A DNA stretch of 63,812 bases, filler included, from Folioceros fuciformis (lineage: Eukaryota): assembly GCA_049999805.1 (NCBI GenBank). It is 4 parts of 4 records of this genome, joined end to end, with 100 filler letters (N's around TTAATTAATTAA, not from the genome) between each part and the next. Parts side by side here need not be neighbours in the genome. Positions count along the whole stretch, not along the records: positions 61,059 to 63,812 come from JBNGIO010005814.1; 3 more parts are not named here. One strand, given 5' to 3'. Shown here one piece after another: positions 61,059-63,812 of the stretch. The notes below the pieces were generated by a model. It searched no databases and was not told the DNA's origin. It worked only from the letters and a program-made list of their open reading frames with translations. How positions within the stretch are numbered: position 1 is the stretch's first letter; each line of letters starts with the position of its first letter. The position numbers and the translations under genes are program-made.

Positions 61059-63812
61059 AGTCTGGCTATTAAATGTTAAACCTAACTATTCACGCATTTT
61101 CCACACTCCCACTTAGCCAGAACTTCGTTAATTCTTCATGTCTCGCCGGGTTTCGATCTGCAGCTAGGGTTTTCGCTTGCGCTTACTGCCGCCGCCATGG
61201 ATTCCTCTGCTGATGGCCAGGTTTTGGTCGCTTGCGTGATGTTGCTGGTCATCGTGCTGGTTGTTCTTGAGCTCCGTCGGCGGAGACCCTGCTCCTTGTG
61301 CGTTGAGTTTGCAAATTTGTACACTGCTGAGGCTGAACTGGAGGCCGCGTACGCTCGTTGGAAGCGCCTTCAGGGATTTCCTCAGCTAGCACCAGATGCG
61401 TCCTTCAGAATGCTGCCCAATTGTATGGACTGCTTCTTGTACGCCGGATCAGACTTCACAGACGAGGGGCGGCTCATTCTTCGCTATGATGCGCCGCCAC
61501 AGGCTTCTGCAAGGTACTTGCTGCTGGTTTTCCTCCTGTTTTGGTGAAGTCCTGACCTTTTTCCGCCTTGCGCAGAACCCTGGTACTTGTGCTCCACAAA
61601 GATGCCAACTCGCCGCTTTCAGAGCAGCTAGCTTGCAGTCCTGAAGGTATACATGAAGTCCTTGCAAGTGCTGACCTCGTGGGATGGTTTCTTGGTGCTA
61701 TTTTCCTACTACCAGGCCTAGTGCTCTACAGAAGCTGTCGTGTTTTTCTTTTGCTAAGGCTTTGGTTAGCAGGTCCGACACATTGTCGTTGGTAGGCACA
61801 TACTGTAAAGTAGCCTGCCCATTTAGTAGCACCTGTCTAATGAAGTGATGCTTCACTTCTATGTGTTTAGTTCTAGCATGCATGATAGGATTCTGTGCTA
61901 ATGCTATAGCGGACTGATTATCACACAGTAAGAGCGTGGGTGCAGTTTGGTTTTCACCTAGTGAGGAGAGCAGCTCCCTTGCATATACAATGTCTTGGGC
62001 AGCAGTAGCTGTAGCAGCGTACTCTGCCTCTGTTGATGATAGGGCCACAACTTGCTGTTTCTTGGAATGCCAGGAAACTACTGTGGCCTCATATTCATGG
62101 GCTCCCAGTAGAAGGCAATTGGCAGAGATGGACCTGCGTGTGTCAGCATCTGCTGCCCAGTCAGCATCGCAGAAGCATGTCAGGAGCAGGTTCTTTGGCC
62201 TTTGCCTATACAGCAGTCCAAGCCTCAGCGTACCCTTCAGGTACCTCATCACTCTCTGCACTACTGCCCAATGAGCTTGTCCATAGCATGTCAAGAATTG
62301 AGATGTTACTCCCACTGCGTAGGACAAGTCAGGCCTCGTCCAGTTCCTGCAATAGATGAGCGAGCACACTGCTGACCTGTACGGGATGCTTTCCATCTGC
62401 CGTCTCTCCATTTCTGTTTTAGGTGCCTGCTCAACACTCAATTTTTCTCCAACAGCCATTGGCGTTGCAGCAGGTTTGCACTCTGACATTTTGTATCTGG
62501 CTAGTACTTGACTGATGTACTGAGCCTGATGTATGTGGATGGTGTGTTGTGACATGTCTTGCAGGATCTCAATGCCAAGGAACCATGTGAGTTTCCCCAA
62601 GTCTGTCATGGAGAACTCAGAGGTGAGTATAGATTTCACCTTGGTCATTATATTCGGGTTACTCGCAATAAGTACAGCATCATCCACATAGAGTGCCAGG
62701 AAGACAACTCCGTCTTTGTCCTCCAACTTGTACACATTTGAGTCCGATTCTGATTGGAGGAAACCTGACTGTTTGAGGTATGTATCAATGCGTTTGTACC
62801 AGGCTCGAGGGGACTGCTTCAGTCCATAGATGGTTTTTATGAGCCTGCATACCTTTCCTGGCTGCTTAGCATCTACAAAACCCTCAGGCTGACTCATAAA
62901 AATTGTTTCCTCCAGGTTCCCGTTTAAGAATGCAGTTTTTACGTCCATGTGTTCCATGGCGTAGTCTCTTTGTGCTGCAATTGCGAACAGGGTGCGAACT
63001 GAAGTTGCCCTGACAACTGGTGAGAAGGTTTCTGTATAGTCCAGGCCTTCCACCTGGCTATACCCTCTTGCTACAAGTCGAGCTTTAAATCTTGCTATAC
63101 TTCCGTCAGCTGCAAGCTTTTTCTTAAATACCCACTTGCAGGTTACAGGTTTCCTGCCAGCAGGTAGGTCCACCAATTCCCATGTCCCATTATCTAATAG
63201 AGACTGGTACTCAGATGCAATTGCTGCATTCCATTTTTCAGCTTCAGGTCCACTAACTGCTTCTCTGTATGACTGTGGCTCGTACAGGTTGCCCGGCTCA
63301 CTATCATCCTGCACCAGGAAGGAACTGTATGTGAGACGTGGTTCAAACCATTCGTCAGGTGAGGCAGTATGCCTCCTGCTGCTCCGTCTTGGACCTTCAG
63401 GTTCTGGAGCTGACTCCACCACCACTTCAGAAGACTGCCCTTGTTCAGTCTGTGATTCGGCAGCCTCGTGATGACTGCCTGCATGAGAACCCTCTGTATC
63501 CTCAGCATCTTCATTGTCAGCCGGTGTTTCAGTTTGGGTGTCATAGGATGATTCTCCCTCTTCATCATCTGGGAAAACACTTGCTGACAAGTTTCCAACT
63601 GCAGCAGGTATGTGCACATGCTGCGTTGTAGTTGTTGTGTGCTGGAGGGTTTCCTCACTGGTTTCTCCTTCTGACACCTCGCTTGTGGAGGCCTCTTGTG
63701 CAGGAATCCGCTCTGTGAGCTCAGGTTGAGGTGCGAGCAGTGACAACTCATCAAACACCACACTCCGACAGTGTGTTACGCTCCTGGTACTGGGGTCCAT
63801 CAGTTTGTACCC
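61059..63812 (-). mobile_element. Ty1/copia element C: uninterrupted RT-RNase H frame (61698 to window end), PPT 61106-61114, start of 3' LTR at 61105
   Basis: 700-aa open frame with KARLVARGYSQ, MDVKTAFLNG, YGLKQSPRAW, LYVDD, CDADWA and HARTKHIEVKHHF; PPT AAGTGGGAG followed by TG. Confidence 0.95.
61197..61547 (+). CDS. Antisense extra ORF of copia element C: 116-aa putative membrane protein
   Basis: Start context GCCGCCGCCATGG; N-terminal hydrophobic helix followed by RRRR, two CxxC pairs and a hydrophobic C-terminus. Lies wholly between the pol stop and the PPT. Confidence 0.45.
   Translation: MDSSADGQVLVACVMLLVIVLVVLELRRRRPCSLCVEFANLYTAEAELEAAYARWKRLQGFPQLAPDASFRMLPNCMDCFLYAGSDFTDEGRLILRYDAPPQASARYLLLVFLLFW

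Overview
Gene-dense nuclear DNA from a non-seed land plant. The mostly 70-150 nt GT-AG introns, ~50% GC and PPR relics suggest a hornwort or lycophyte, but this is inference. Four 100-nt gaps interrupt the window; three carry an artificial TTAATTAATTAA spacer, so adjacency across them is uncertain. The first ~52.7 kb holds spliced or single-exon genes: pectin methylesterase, raffinose synthase/SIP-family GH36, BRICK1, a small membrane protein, a BCAT-like fusion protein, TRM5, cytosolic HSP90, a coiled-coil protein, the RKP E3 ligase, an alpha/beta hydrolase, tRNA-Leu(CAA), a DUF1223 protein, a CCS copy with a damaged 5' end, NOL6/Utp22 and a DUF179 fragment. It also has degenerate PPR remnants. 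The last ~11 kb is three Ty1/copia elements, one nested in another. Main signals: (1) the unusually long NOL6 introns carry candidate guide RNAs, namely two clean box C/D folds and a triplicated, covarying H/ACA-like hairpin antisense to 25S rRNA at the yeast Psi2416/Um2421-equivalent site; (2) a membrane-protein ORF ends in TGA-CTAG and continues in frame for 57 codons (candidate readthrough or recent nonsense mutation); (3) an antisense transmembrane ORF with strong start context lies between pol and the 3' LTR of a copia element. No database searches were run; family calls rest on recognised motifs.
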